NCBI GenBank assembly: GCA_964199315.1
Contig: OZ116699.1
Span: forward strand, 37,200,001-37,264,000
Direction: 5' to 3'
Source of the DNA: Orbicella franksi
Lineage: Eukaryota
Length of the DNA: 64,000 nucleotides
This document shows positions 1 to 12,580 of this stretch, one piece after another. How positions within the stretch are numbered: the first letter of the stretch is position 1; each line of letters opens with the position of its first letter. Both the position numbers and the translations under genes were made by a program. The notes beneath the pieces are model-generated. The model saw only the letters and a list, made by a program, of their open reading frames with translations, made no database searches and was not told the origin of the DNA.

Positions 1-687
1 TAATATCATCTTGTTTCGTAGAAACGTTTGGTGTACGAGCGAAGGCATTCTGTCATAATTATAGTCCATCTGTGACCAATAATGAAGCAAAAATATAATC
101 GCCATGATATTTCTCCTTTGATCTATTTACGTGTGTACAGATCCAGTCCAGGCTTCCGCGGCCATGGAATACCGCGCGGATATTATGACAAGTAGTTCTT
201 TATTAAAAGAAAAACATTTGGTTCGAAACCAAACAGTTAACAATCGCATGAACTAAAACAAGTTCCAAAAATTATATTGCTAGAAATGATTGATCTTACC
301 TACTTTGGAGTATTGACCTAAAATGTACATAAAAAAAATTTAAAAAAACGTGTCAGTGTTTTCCGAGAGTAAATGGTTTGTATAGTGAACATACTGGTAT
401 AAAAACAAACCAAAATTGTTCGTATGTCCATTATCGCCTCCAATCAAACTAATTAAAAGAGTCTTGCGTGACATCGTCTCTCTGAAACGTTGGCGACAAC
501 GCTGATCACCAAAAATGTAAGTGTTTTATCAATTCAGCAATTTACGAGTTTAGACTTGTACGTACCGTTGGCGAAGTCTGATCCTATAAATGAATGGTAA
601 AATCACTTCGTTAGATTTGGCTACTTATAAAAAGGTTCCAGTAATTAAAGATATTTTAATATTTACCAGACTGAAAAAACGACTTAC

Positions 688-742
688 CTATGAAAAGGGA
701 AACTGCAGTGATCGCTAAAAGGCATGTCAGCGGATGCTTCAT
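688..742 (-). CDS. Probable signal-peptide exon of a gene (D) running off the left edge
   Basis: ATG at 742 gives MKHPLTCLLAITAVSLFI-G followed by phase-1 donor G|GTAAGT at 687. Acceptor TAG at 762-763, and an in-frame upstream exon candidate at 1343-1436. Same layout as the signal exons of genes A and B. Confidence 0.45.
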
Positions 743-3700
743 GTTTGTAGTCCAAAATGTCCTAGATAATGTGTAAACAGCAACAGTTAAATTAGTCGAC
801 AACTGAAATTAAAAGAAGATCATCCTATGACTCTCCTTACTCTGTCTCAGTTAGCATTGCATTCGAGCCTATATAAACGACACAATATAACCTTGTGTGA
901 CGTTTCCATACTGGAAAATTAACGTTAATAAAAGGTGCATGATATATGGTCCGTGGTAATCATCGATGTAAACTTAGGTTTATCACCTATGTATTCTTAA
1001 ATTTCTAGTCGTTGTCGTTAAGTTTCCTCTCGAAAGGTTGTCAGCTAAACAACTTGAACAAATCGGTTACCGTATTTTGTACCACAAATTTAAATAGTAA
1101 AAAAAAAGTAGGTTAACGTTGGGTAATTTTAAGAACACCTCGGTGTTATACAGTTGTGCCTTAATTTAGTGGCGCTTCTTCACCCTTTCAACAAGGAAGC
1201 TGACAATAAACTAACTGCAAAATCACTCGTAGAACATATTAAAACTAACATTTATATGTAATAAGCTAAGATCAGAAAGATATTATAGCCGTTGGACGGT
1301 TACAAAGCAAACGTTCAACGAAAAAAAGCCCAAACAACTTACCTTTTGAAGGAGAACACTAAGGCTTCTTTTCTTCTGTTGTTCTGATTAAATCTTATCT
1401 CACTCCAATGACTACTAGTTTGTCTAAAAACATTTCCTGCTTGGACACCATTTATGGAAATTGTTTCTATTCTAAAGCTAAGAACATAAAATGCATGTAC
1501 CAGTGTGTCTATTCAATGATTCATCGATCTCTAAAATAAACCTCATGATCAAGGCACGAATTTTATGCTAAATAGGAAACATATATGGGCATGACATACA
1601 GCCGTGACTGAATGACGTTTAACCGTCTTGTTGTATATCTCATTTTGTAGAGTGAGCTTCTTTAAATCGATGTTCCCCTGGCTTATAAAGACAGCTTTGT
1701 TTATCAATCTCCTCAGGTATTTCATTAAACACCCCAGGTGATCTTAAATATTTTGTAAACAAAACATGAATGGCGAGTTTCGTACGACCGCCTTGAAGAA
1801 GTCGGTGTAGCTTCGCATTCGCAGAAGGTGGAAAATTTCCAAAGCGTTTGGGACGATAGTTTCTCTGGCTTCAGGATTCTGGGGTTCAAGCCTATGCCAC
1901 AATGTAAAATTTCACTTTCAAATCTGTCTTTTTTTAGCTTCACTATGCAAGTAGCTTCGCTGGCTTCACAATGCTACAAATTAAATTATATCGGACTGAT
2001 TTTGCATTCTTGTTTTACTCTTGACTGATGGAACTCTGTTTTTCTCTCGAAATCAGGCAGGGATTAGGAGGCGAGAGGTTTTAGAATAGAGGAGATTGGG
2101 ACGAAGCATGGGCGCGGCGCTCGTTCAAGAATGTTTGATTAATTTTCTGATAGATTTTCGTGTAGAATAGGACAGTTTGAGCTATTTTGACAGCAATCAT
2201 TATACCAGCATTATATTATAAAGAATTTTCATCTAGGATTACATCAGAGATCCTAAAAGTAAAATAGAAATATGCTTCCTGGCTAAAAATATAAAAGCGC
2301 AAGCTTTTGGCTCTTCAACAGAACTTCCTAAAGTTCAGAAATATGCTAAGCCACATTATAATAAATGGCCAGATAACATCGCTGAATGAAGGAGAATCCA
2401 AGATCCTTAATGAATTGAAGGCTGACAGTTCAAGCATAATAATCAGTGTTCAGTTATAACTCCCATTTTTATCAAAATTGCAATGTTGCATCGTAGATTG
2501 AAATAAGAATCTATATCATCCCAGTGAAATTGGTTCAATTAGTATTTTACAGAATTAAATGCGTACCAATTTATTCAAGCATCTCAGGAAGGCAGGCATG
2601 AAAAGTATTTTTCTAAGATAAACGGTGAGACATTTGTGTTCATTCTTGTTCTCCAAAGCATTATTTTATAAAGTTCATTCCTCCCGGTGTTCGTCTGCTG
2701 CTTGATAAAATTTCTGAAGATTCCATTTTAAGATGAAGGTCTTTAAGTTCTAGGGTGCTGCAATGCATGATTGACTGGGGTTCGATTAAGAGAAAGGTAA
2801 GTCAGAAGCACTGATGCGTTATGGGGGACTGCAGGAAGAAACTACGCTAGAAGGAAATAGTGCTCGTTATAATGGCGTACCTTTTATCAAAAGGAATTCC
2901 CTTAAAGTTTAAAGTAACCGAAGAAGACTAGAAGATTGGGCGAGTGGACCTTTCAGTGAGTAAGCTTTTATGGTAGTCCATGATGTGCTCTACGAGACAA
3001 ACAAGCAAACAGATTCCCTATCTCTCAGACAATCACGGGCATGGATGTGAGATATAAATTGCCGCTCATTCCACTGGCGCGCACATGTAATATTTCCCCA
3101 CCGTCACCCCTAAGACCCACATCACCCCTCTAGGCGAGGCAAATTCGTGCTACTTTGAAGTCATTTCATAACCAAAGACTTTATTTTTAAGAGATTTTGA
3201 GCGACTTTTTAAGCGTTTTTTTTTTTTCTTTTCTAGAACTTTTAAAGCATTTTAGAACTTTCCCTTTAAAAAAATATGTAAAATCGGTGCTTAACTGGGT
3301 ATGAAAGCCTATTAATTATCATGATAATTGTAAAGTGGTGATGGAAATATAGGCTAATCAATTGACAGAACTTAATATTAAACAAGACTAGAAAAACATT
3401 ACAGCTTTAATGTCATTGGACCTACTCTTTCCTATTTTAACCCCCTTTTAACAACAATAACAATAACAATAAGGTGTAAAGGTGCTGTCTGGATGAACAA
3501 TCAAGGTGGAAGTGATTTTTGCAGCACTTGTCCCAAGTGACAAAACCCTGTGGCCCAGGTCAAACGTAGCACTTTACATAACTAATGATAAGTTCTTCCG
3601 ACTGAGTTTAGTCGATCTAAATTCTAATTAAGTTCGATGTTTGACCCAACGGCCGAGCTTTGAGTTTGGATCGACTCAAATTTCAATTTAGTTCGTATCA

Positions 3701-5084
3701 TCTGAAGTTCGACGTTTAACCTGGCGCTGAGAGTCCACGTTGGTACCAATACAAGTCTTCACCCGGGTGGTGAGATGAAATAACGTTTATGATTTTTCCA
3801 GTTACCAAGACAGTTACAAATAAAACATATTCTACTTTAAAAAAACTCTAAAATCGTAATTAGATTGCTTTATAACTGATGCTAATAAATATTTATTTGT
3901 TTGATTGTTTAGTATGTCGTAACGTAGCTTGATTTTCATCCAAATGTAAGCATTTCATCAGCTTTTAATTAAAAGATCGGAGTTCATAGTTACATTAACG
4001 AAGGTTTGTCGGAAATGAGTCAACTTAAGCTTGAAAGTCGGTCATTTTCTTCTAATCTCACCAACTTAACTAACGCATTCCTTGGCCAATATGCCGCTTC
4101 AGTTGAATGTGATCCTCTTATCCAGGGTTCGATAAACCATTGCTTTTTGCAGTTTAACTTACCGGCCACCACAAGGGCCGAAGATGGGTGTAATCAGTCT
4201 CTTTGACTTGATTAACCATAACACTGGCAGAAAATCATCAGTAAGATCTGTTCCTTTTACGATAAGAGACGTTCCAGGAACTCTTTTTGTACTTCACCAA
4301 ACTGGTTCAGGTGCCTGGTTGGTGTAGTATCGATGATGTAATCGTGTACGGCCGAAATGAATTATGGGGGATTAAAAGCACATGGTCAAGTGTCGAGTTG
4401 AATCTGTATTGCATGTACTTATTTTGGTTAAATCCGGATGTTTCACTGACTGTGAAAAATTACTGTTGGTTTACGCCGTAGTGGGTATAAACCAAGCCTT
4501 TCTTACAAAGAAAGTCAATTCACAGTATGCCCTCTTGCAATAAATGTCTTCTACGAGAGAATGCGCAGTACTGAGGTCACTGTGTTTTGTTCCTGGGCAA
4601 GACACATGACCCTCACTTTTTTGGTATCCGCACAGGTGTAAAAACGGGTAATGTTGGGTCAATTAATGCTGATGATGACCCTGCGATGGATTAACATTTC
4701 ATCCAGGGTCCCGTTGCTCCAATCAAATCTACTTTGAAAAGCCACTTCTTTGAAAAGCTGTTAGGTTGGATTCCAATCCTGAAAGAGTCAAAAAGTCTCA
4801 AACCATAATCACTATAGTCATGCCTTCGGTGGCATGATCCCGTTCAAAGGCGAAATTATACAACTTCTTTGGCTGTATGACAGATCATTCATTGTTGTCA
4901 TATTTTGCTCTAGTTTGCCATTATCCCTGTGCGCAAACCGACAAGTCATAGTGTGTCCACAGTACACACTATTGCTTCGAGGCCAAATTCAACGCCTGGT
5001 ATTGGCGACTATCTTCAGGTTGACGTACGTCAGCATGTCGTAGGAGGTCAGAAAGTGGTTTGTTTCAGAAATTCCCAATTCACC

Positions 5085-5437
5085 TCAATTTTGACTCAGC
5101 TTGATGGCCTTTTTCAGTTGATGTGGTTTAGGACGTTTTCGTAACCTATTCTTTTTCTTGACACTTTTCCTCCCGATAACTTTTCGTTTTAGGTACAGCT
5201 GAGATCGGTAAATGACGGCATTACAACATTTTGGAGAACACTTTGGAGCACACGAAGATGGACAAGGAGATGGACAGTGATTAGTATAGACTGGCTGTAG
5301 GGGGAGAGTTGGAGAGGAGTAAGCACCGCGATACTGCTGCGACAACGCAATGCAGCAGGATGGAGGGCAAACCGCTGTGCATGATGTTTGGCATTGAGGT
5401 GCACAGACCAAGGATATCTGTGCATGTTCCATACAAC
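5085..5437 (-). CDS. Terminal exon of gene A: two minicollagen/NOWA-type cysteine-rich domains
   Basis: CAPQCQTSCTAVCPPSCC and CPSPCPSSCAPKCSPKCC match CxxxCxxxCxxxCxxxCC exactly, followed by LKRKVIGRKSVKKKNRLRKRPK. Phase-1 acceptor catccatag|GT. Confidence 0.85.
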
Positions 5438-8400
5438 CTATGGATGACAATAAAAATTCATTTTAAATATTATACGCGTTTAATTATGTCCAAAGTCTCT
5501 GTTAAATTCCCAACAGCATTTTTGTTAATGATCAACTTCAGATGAAACGACGCGCTTTCAAAATGTTTTTGCACTCTGCTGTTGTATTTTGTACAGTTTT
5601 CTTTTTATTCTTATTCGGCGCGAAATTAGACAACTTCAAGCAACTTACATGGTATACCAGGCGACTTTGTTGGGTATGTTCTTGAAATCTCGATAGTTGT
5701 TGCACCAGGTGTCTTCCCTGGATTGGAAGAGGTGATGATCGGACGAAAGAAAAAAACATAAAATGAAAAATCACAACCTGTTCAATCAATTATTAAGTTA
5801 CAAATCAAAAATCGTTACGTACGTACCTACGTTAAAATGCCAATCGATGAGTGTTTCAAAAATATGTGTTGAGTAGCACGAGGCAGCCAAGGACAAAACA
5901 AAGGTCATTCTAGTTTTTGAACATTCATATTGTTGGAAGCAGGCCAATCAAATCAGACGTCACTAATGACCCCATCATTGTGCTGGTAGGTAAAGTCTGC
6001 ATGCGAGCCAAGTGGCCCATCAGGCCGGAGCTTATCCCGGTTTCTGTAGCATGAAGCGACTAGGAGTATTTCTACTCCCCCCTGGATGGGATGCTAGTCC
6101 ATCGCAGGGTTACCCTCAGCATTAAGTTCGCCGGTACCCGTTTATACACCTGGGTGGAGAGAGGCACCGTGAGAGTAAAGTGTCTTGCCCAAGAACACAA
6201 CACAATGTCCCCGGCCAGGGCTCGAACCCGGACCGCTCGATCCGGAGACGGGCGCACTAACCATGAGGCCACCGCGCCTCCCACATCATTGTGCTGACAA
6301 AGTATTATTAACTTCGATGAGACCGTAGCTTTGATTAAAGTTTAACGAACCTTTTTGCTCACTTACGTTTCGTTACGGGAATTGTACCCTTGCTGGTAGG
6401 AGACGTGTTTGTGGTTTGCGTAGATATCGTTGGCTGCGTTGGTCTCGTGGAAACAGAACTTGGAGAAGCGTTCCTTATTGTGGTTCCGGGAGTAGCTTTG
6501 GTAACTGACAGAAAATAACGTTTGGCAAAGTTGTAAAGGCATAATAAAAAAATCATTGTGACGATTAATGCTGAATTACTTATTTACTTACTTAGGGGAG
6601 CAGGGATGGAGCAGTGGTGAGAGCGCTCGCCTCCCATCAGTGTGTCCCGGATGAGATTCCCGGACCCGGCGTCATTTGTGGGTTGAGTTTGTTGTTGGTA
6701 TTCTACTGTGCTCCGAGAGGTTTTTCTCGGGGTACTCCGGTTTTCCCCTCTCCACAAAAACCAACATTTTCAAATTCCAATTCGATCCTGGAATGCTCGG
6801 GCATTTCTGAACGAGTTCTTGTGAACTAGTTGGTGCTCCATGGGTAAACAAATTACATATTTACAATTATTTTATCTTATTTTTACGTTTTGTTACTGGG
6901 CCAGTCGCTTTGTTGCTAGGCAGCGAGTTTGAAGTCCTTGTAGTTACTGCAGGGCGCATTGGCCTAGTAGCAACAGAGCTTCGAGATGTGCTTTTTGCAG
7001 TGGATCTTGAAGCCGCTTTAGTAACTAGTAAGATGTACAACGAAGTTCCAATGATAAACAGCCAGGCACGTTTTATTGAAAAAAATAAGCGTCGACCTAA
7101 TTATATTCTTGCTTACCTTTTACCGTTTTGGGGACAGTAGCTTTGCTACTAGGCAACGGTTTTTTGGTCCGTATGGTCACTGCAGGGCGCGTTGGTTTCG
7201 TGGCGACAGAACTGGGAGAGGCGCTCTTTGAAGTGGTACCGGGGGTCCCCTTAGTAGCTAAAAAAAATGACGCACATATCTACAGCTTAGTTCTGAAGAC
7301 TTTAATTGGCTTAGCGTCAACCTAAGCAGTATTTTGTCCACGTCTCGATCTTGTTTGATTACCTTTCGGCTGGACCCCTTGCTGCTAAGCGACGAGTTTG
7401 TGATCTGTATAGTTCATGCGAAAAGCGTTGCTTTTGCAGCAACAGAACTTGCAGAAACCATTATTGCAGTGGTACTGAGAGAAGCTCTCGTGACTTATTT
7501 AGAAACAAGAGCTTTATTATAAATAGCATCCTTAAGTAGGGTTATAAATGAATTAAGCGTCCATTAATTATTTCCTCACTTGCCTTTTGTTACTGGAATT
7601 GTAGCCTTGCTGCTAGGTAACCAACCCGTAGTCTTCTTAGTTTCTACAGGATTTGTTGGTCTCGTAGCCACAGAATTTGGAGAAGTGATTTTTGTCTTAG
7701 TCTTGGGCGTCGTTTTGGTTGCTATATAGTAAAGTAACAATTTATCATTATCATTTGGTGTTAATTAAAAATTAAATGAGGTATTTCAGTTTCTCTTTAC
7801 GCTTTGTTAATGGAATCGTAGCTTTACTGCAAGGCAGCCGGCTTGATGTCCGTTTCGTCTTTGGTTTTGTTGCAACAGACCGCGGTTAAGAGGGGTTCGT
7901 CCCAGCCGTGTGGCGTGTGGTTTTTGTGATTGATAATAAAACGACAAAGAAAACCCAAATACGTCACACGACAGTGACGCAATTATAAAGCAATACGTAT
8001 TCATCTTTCTAATATCTGTTTGAATACAATAATAATTTATAGATCAATTTTATGGTATTTCATATCTATGGGTTATAAAACAATGCCGTAGTTCGGAACT
8101 ATTGTAAGTTAAGTATCTTCCAATCCAATAGATTGGAGAAGCCATTTGGATCACTGATCGGTGTCGGTCGTTTTATAGGATCAACCTATTTTGTTTGCAG
8201 CATAAGAGGATGATTTTCTCTTGTTCATGGCTGGCTCATAGTTCTATATTTTATACTTACCCGTTGGTCTTTGGGTCGGCTTAGTAGCTGGTTTCTTTGT
8301 ACTGGGCAGACCCTTCCCAGGGTTCAAAGTCCTTCTTGTGGATGGTAACCTGGTCGGCCTTGCTGGTCGTTTTGTCCCTAAAGATGCAGGTTTTACTTTT

Positions 8401-11400
8401 GAAGCAAAGTATGTAATACCAAAGAACATTCAAACTTTCACTATTGGAGTTCTGGACCACTTTCTAATAGTTAACTAAGAAAGGTTTTAAACATATTATT
8501 CTAGGTAATATGGAAACGACGTTTGTTAATGTTAGAATTTCACTTACGTTTTGTTGCTGGATTCGTGCCCTTGCTGCTAGGTGACGAACTGGTTGTAGGA
8601 TTTGTTAGTTTTGTTGGCTTTGTAACAACTGGACTTGGTAAAACACTTTTTGTAGAAGCACTGCGAGATGCTGTATGGGAAAAAGAGAACCTAAATTTTG
8701 CTATTCATTCCATATAATTATGCAACCAACGTTTAGATGCGAATATAGGATTTTAATGCCACGATAAAACAAAAAGATTAATCGTTTACATGGCTAGCAA
8801 TTGTATATTTTAAGTTCAAGATCGCAACTTTGCCTGCGATTGACTTGTAAGATACGGGACAAAGAATTAGAACCCATACCTGAAGTATTCGTGTCCCCGT
8901 TTTCACATTGTATTCTCACTACATGTATTTTCCACGAACAACAGTGGGGGTATCAATGGACCTTTTTGACGATGTCAAGCTACATAAACAATTTTTCATT
9001 TTTTTTTTGTCATATATTAGCAAAACAGCCACTTCTTTCCTCTATACATGTAGATCAATTTAATTACATACATATGCTAAGTTTCATAAGAGTCAGGCCC
9101 GTACCTGGTAACAGGCAAACACACTAAATCATCATAGTCACACTAAATACCGCGGAAGAGAATTTACGCATGCAAATTGCCTCAGTCATAATTTCTTCAT
9201 GGACATTGCCTCAGTCATAGTTTGTTCTGGGTACGGCCCTGAGAATCCATTGTAGGCTCATGAAAACATGGGAACAAGCTTGCCAATTTTTACAAAGAAA
9301 TGTTTGCCAGATGGGCAAGCGCGGCTACATTCAACGACACTTACGCCTGGTAGCTTTACTTGTCCCTTTACTTGTTGGTGTTGCTGTTTTGGTCGGATGC
9401 TTGATCTGTGTGGTTTTCGTTTTTGGAGTCGTTGCTTTCGTCGTCAGAGGGGTCGTTTTAATCGGAAGGAAACATGGTTTACTTGATGTATCACTTGCTA
9501 TAAGAACAAGAAAAAAATAGTCCGTTACTCCCAATGAAAATGTTCCCACAGTGCTGATAGACACTAAATAAACAAATAAATCTTGAACGATATAATACAC
9601 ATCTGCAGCCAAGAAAAAACTAACATCAGAATCCTCCGTAGGAAAAAAAACTTGGCGACTGGTATACATTTACCCATAGTTCATAGTGCAAGAAAACACC
9701 GACAATGCCCATTAGTACGAACAGGAAAGTTCTAAAACCTTCAAACCCAGCAAGCACAGTTTTGTTAGTACAGGGAAAAATATGTGCAAACATCACAAAA
9801 CAGTGCAAAACAATATTGTGCCTAATGGGGTGTGTTAGGTTTGCGAGGTATTGTGGTAAAATGTTCAGCCGCCATCTTTTTTCCTCCGATCAACAACAAC
9901 ACACACTTTATCACCAAAGTAGAAAAACTCTTAGTTACAAAAAAATGTAATTGAGACAGAAAATTAGGTATATTCACCCAGAATAATCATCACTTTATCA
10001 TTATTAATCATGATTCTTTGGTTTTAGTCTACGGTGACTTTCCAATATTAGTTCTTCTCCCTTGAGGCACTGATTACCAACATCGTTAGCAGTATACACT
10101 CACGTTCTCCTAACTTGTAAACAAAGATGGAATTTTCAGCTCCAGCGCAGGGTTGGCTTTCACATGTCAGGTCACATGGTTTGTAGTCGGAGGTGAAACA
10201 CTGTCTTGTTGGCCCGTCTCTTTTGTATGTGCTCAGTCCGCCATCTCCAGAGTAACAATCGGCTGGTCAAGAACAAAAAACAAATCATAGATGTCTGAGA
10301 TACTTTTGGGCCTGTTTTACAAAAGGAATAAATATGTAGTATAAAATAATTCCATGTACAAAACTTAATGAACGCGAAATAGTAGTAAAGATGGGGTCTT
10401 TTCCACCGTTTTTTTGCACACTGAGTTGGCGTTTATAAGTAAAAAAAAATCAACCAAGGTACTTGTTATATCATTTAACACTGAATTCTTACCTTGCATA
10501 TCGACATATAGCGCCAAATAAATTTGTTTTTTTATGGAGAGACAGATCGGCTAGATGATTTGTGACAGAATAGTTTCACATGTTGGGGAAAGACTTTTAC
10601 GCAACATTATTGACCGACTTTTTTTAATCGTAAATCATGCGTTTTGGGATGAATAGTAGGAATCATTCTTCAAATCCATTATGCACACTTATTATGCGAT
10701 TATGTTAGTTCAGAGGGCCAATAACTTAAATAAAACAATCAGATTGCTCCATTGTCGGTCCAATATTCCCTAAGTATCGGACCGGACACTGCCTCGAATG
10801 ATCACGCAAGATCACTCTTGAAGATTTTCGGGTAGCAAAGGTCGTGTAATAAATTTCTTATTAACCAAGTTTGCTCGAGACCGTACCAGAAGAATATCGG
10901 TCTTCGGTCTGTTGTTTTTGTTTTTGTTTTTTGTTTTTTACGGATTTCCCTGCATCGGTCCATGCTGTCAACACCTCGGACCGATATTCTCCCACTACGG
11001 CCCTCGCGCTTGGTTAATAAGATATATGTATGGACTTGAACATTTTGATAAGCACATGAAATCATAACTGTTCATAATTGTTCATACCAAATTTCTCTAT
11101 ACCAAAAACTTCATAACCAAATTTCTTGCACTCTAATGCACATCTTTTGATTAAGTAGTCAAGATAACGTCGATCGTAAATCTCCTTGGCGTATTTTATG
11201 CCACTATATTTCGGTGAGGATTCATCACGGTCTGTGAACAACAGATGATGAAGAGGGCGTTGCTCCTGCCAGTTGTCTTTATAGCATCCTAGCCTCCTGT
11301 AGGCTGATGCTGAAAATAAAATAAAACACTTGTGAGACCAAATGTTGTCTTTATTTCTAACTTAATGAGTCCTAGTTGTTTTATCATGCCTGGAGACTAG

Positions 11401-11842
11401 ACCAGTACCTTCTTTTTTCAGTAGATAGAAACGTTATTTGTTTACATTTATTTGTTTTAAAACAAAGGTAATACACGTTATTTTACACCTTAAAACTTGT
11501 TGAAAGTTGTTTGTGTTTATCTCATCTCATATTTTTGTAGTTCTTTTTTTTCTGCTCAAACCCTATTAAAAGATAACAGTTTTAAACAAAAGGGACTTCC
11601 TCTATTGACGTACGCCTCTGTTTAAAGACGGTTACGCGCATTACATAATCTGTCACAGTAAACTAGCAAGCAGCTGCCATCACCACATTTCCATTTGTCT
11701 TTTTATTTTTCTGAAAAATACGTCTCAAAACTATAACCACACATAAATAAATAGCAACTACTGAAACTTAAAATGGTTGAAGGTAATTACCGTCTACGTA
11801 AATCCAAAAAATGACACAAAGAATCCTTGAAAGGCTGCACAT
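5085..11842 (-). CDS. Gene A: secreted protein of about 605 aa; signal peptide + WSC-like Cys domain + Thr/Lys/Pro/Ser mucin-like repeats + two minicollagen-type CRDs + basic tail
   Basis: Exons (minus): 11842-11791 (MCSLSRILCVIFWIYVD), 11309-11088 (ASAYRRLGCYKD..RPL..CALECKKFGYEVFGIEKF), 10262-10104 (ADCYSG..C..C..CAGAENSIFVYKL), 9497-9345, 8670-8548, 8395-8261, 7721-7584, 7257-7117, 7024-6887, 6504-6367, 5717-5649, 5437-5085. All internal exons are open, phase 1-1 and multiples of 3, with AG/GT ends (one GC donor). Confidence 0.8.
5986..6283 (-). mobile_element. Full-length tRNA-derived SINE with CORE-like central domain
   Basis: tRNA-like head (GGTGGCCTCATGG..GGTTCGAGCCC) and CORE-like TTGGGCAAGACACTTTACTCTCACGGTGCCTC. 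13-bp target duplication CATCATTGTGCTG at 5973-5985 and 6284-6296. Degenerate relatives at about 4545-4710 and 39620-39900. Confidence 0.85.
6595..6865 (+). mobile_element. tRNA-derived SINE with V-domain-like core
   Basis: Head GGATGGAGCAGTGGTGAGAGCGCTCGCC..GATTCCCGG, core GGTTTTTCTCGGGGTACTCCGGTTTTCCCCTC, and (ATTTAC)-like tail; lies in a gene A intron. Confidence 0.7.
7363..7493 (-). pseudogene. Decayed mucin-repeat exon of gene A
   Basis: Homologous to neighbouring exons (VTRASLSTTAIMVSASSVAAKA..SSLSSKG) but has an in-frame TGA at 7414-7416 and a length of 131 nt (not a multiple of 3). Confidence 0.7.
7801..7929 (-). pseudogene. Decayed mucin-repeat exon of gene A
   Basis: 129 nt, repeat-homologous (TKTTRHTAGTNPS*PRSVATKPKTKRTSSRLPCSKATIPLTK). 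The acceptor position reads AA instead of AG, and there is an in-frame TAA at 7886-7888. Confidence 0.7.
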
Positions 11843-12308
11843 TCTACGCTATAGTCTTGAACGTGACTCCTATCAAGAAAAAAAATAGTAAAGTATACCT
11901 TTAACTAAAGTTTTGTGGCAGACTCATATATAGCAGTTGTTGATTGAAGGGCACTCTAGGGATAGGAATGAAATGCGATCACTTCATTACCATGTACGTT
12001 TAGTAGAAGATCGGTCAGCCGGCCGGTTGCTTTACTTCATGCTGCAGCTACATCGTGCTGACGAGAAGCAACCAGTTCGAAACAGCTGTCAGCGGTTGCC
12101 ATTCTTGGCTTTCAGTTTGGACTCCAAGATGTCGTTGTCCCGCGTACTAATCAGCCTTGCTTCATTATTATGTTTCTATTTTTGGCTGATCGATCTTTTA
12201 CAGATCCCACGTACACCGGCAGCATTTTCGTTTGTGGTCTCCTGCATCATTTTATTTAATTTTGTTTGTTAGTTGGGTTCATGCAAGAGACGATGAAGGG
12301 AAAGTGAG

Positions 12309-12580
12309 TCAATCCCCCCGTACAGGACTTATTCCCAAAGTAATCCCTCTCAAGTTATTTGTAGATCACAACCGGGGTCAGAAATCCCAGGGGATCTAGA
12401 TATGGCTAATTTTGTGACGCGGATTTTGCCCACGTGAACCGCCTAAGCGACATCTTCCATCAAAACATCCACGCAAGGCGCGTGGTAACATGTTAAATTA
12501 CCCCCGGGAGGATTGGGTACCCCGTCTAAACATAACTTAAGAGGGACTACCTTAGGAATAAGGCCTATACAGGGGATTAA
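12309..12580. mobile_element. 272-bp MITE (same family as 25393-25664)
   Basis: Terminal inverted repeats T(C/T)AATCCCC..GGGGATTAA; internal homology and identical length to the copy at 25393. Confidence 0.7.

Noticed and set aside
3990-4420. Protein-like fragments on the minus strand (ETDYTHLRPLWWP, KQWFIEPWIRGS)
   Set aside because: Broken by stops and frameshifts and not assignable to a family without a search; possibly a decayed retrocopy.
5538-5789. ORF-track 83-aa minus ORF that looks like a signal peptide (VVIFHFMFFSFVRSSP) for the CRD exon
   Set aside because: Its donor is phase 0 in that frame, whereas the CRD exon needs phase 1. The hydrophobic stretch is the polypyrimidine tract of exon 5717-5649, which reads in another frame.
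6072-6829. tRNA genes or ORFs at 6072-6297 and 6614-6829 (also the tRNA-like text at about 38230-38300)
   Set aside because: These are SINE heads and bodies: one has a 13-bp TSD, and none has a complete cloverleaf.
12215-12241. 27-nt phase-1 micro-exon candidate (GDHKRKCCR) for gene A
   Set aside because: It lies upstream of a convincing signal-peptide exon (11842-11791) that already joins in frame, so at most it is UTR.
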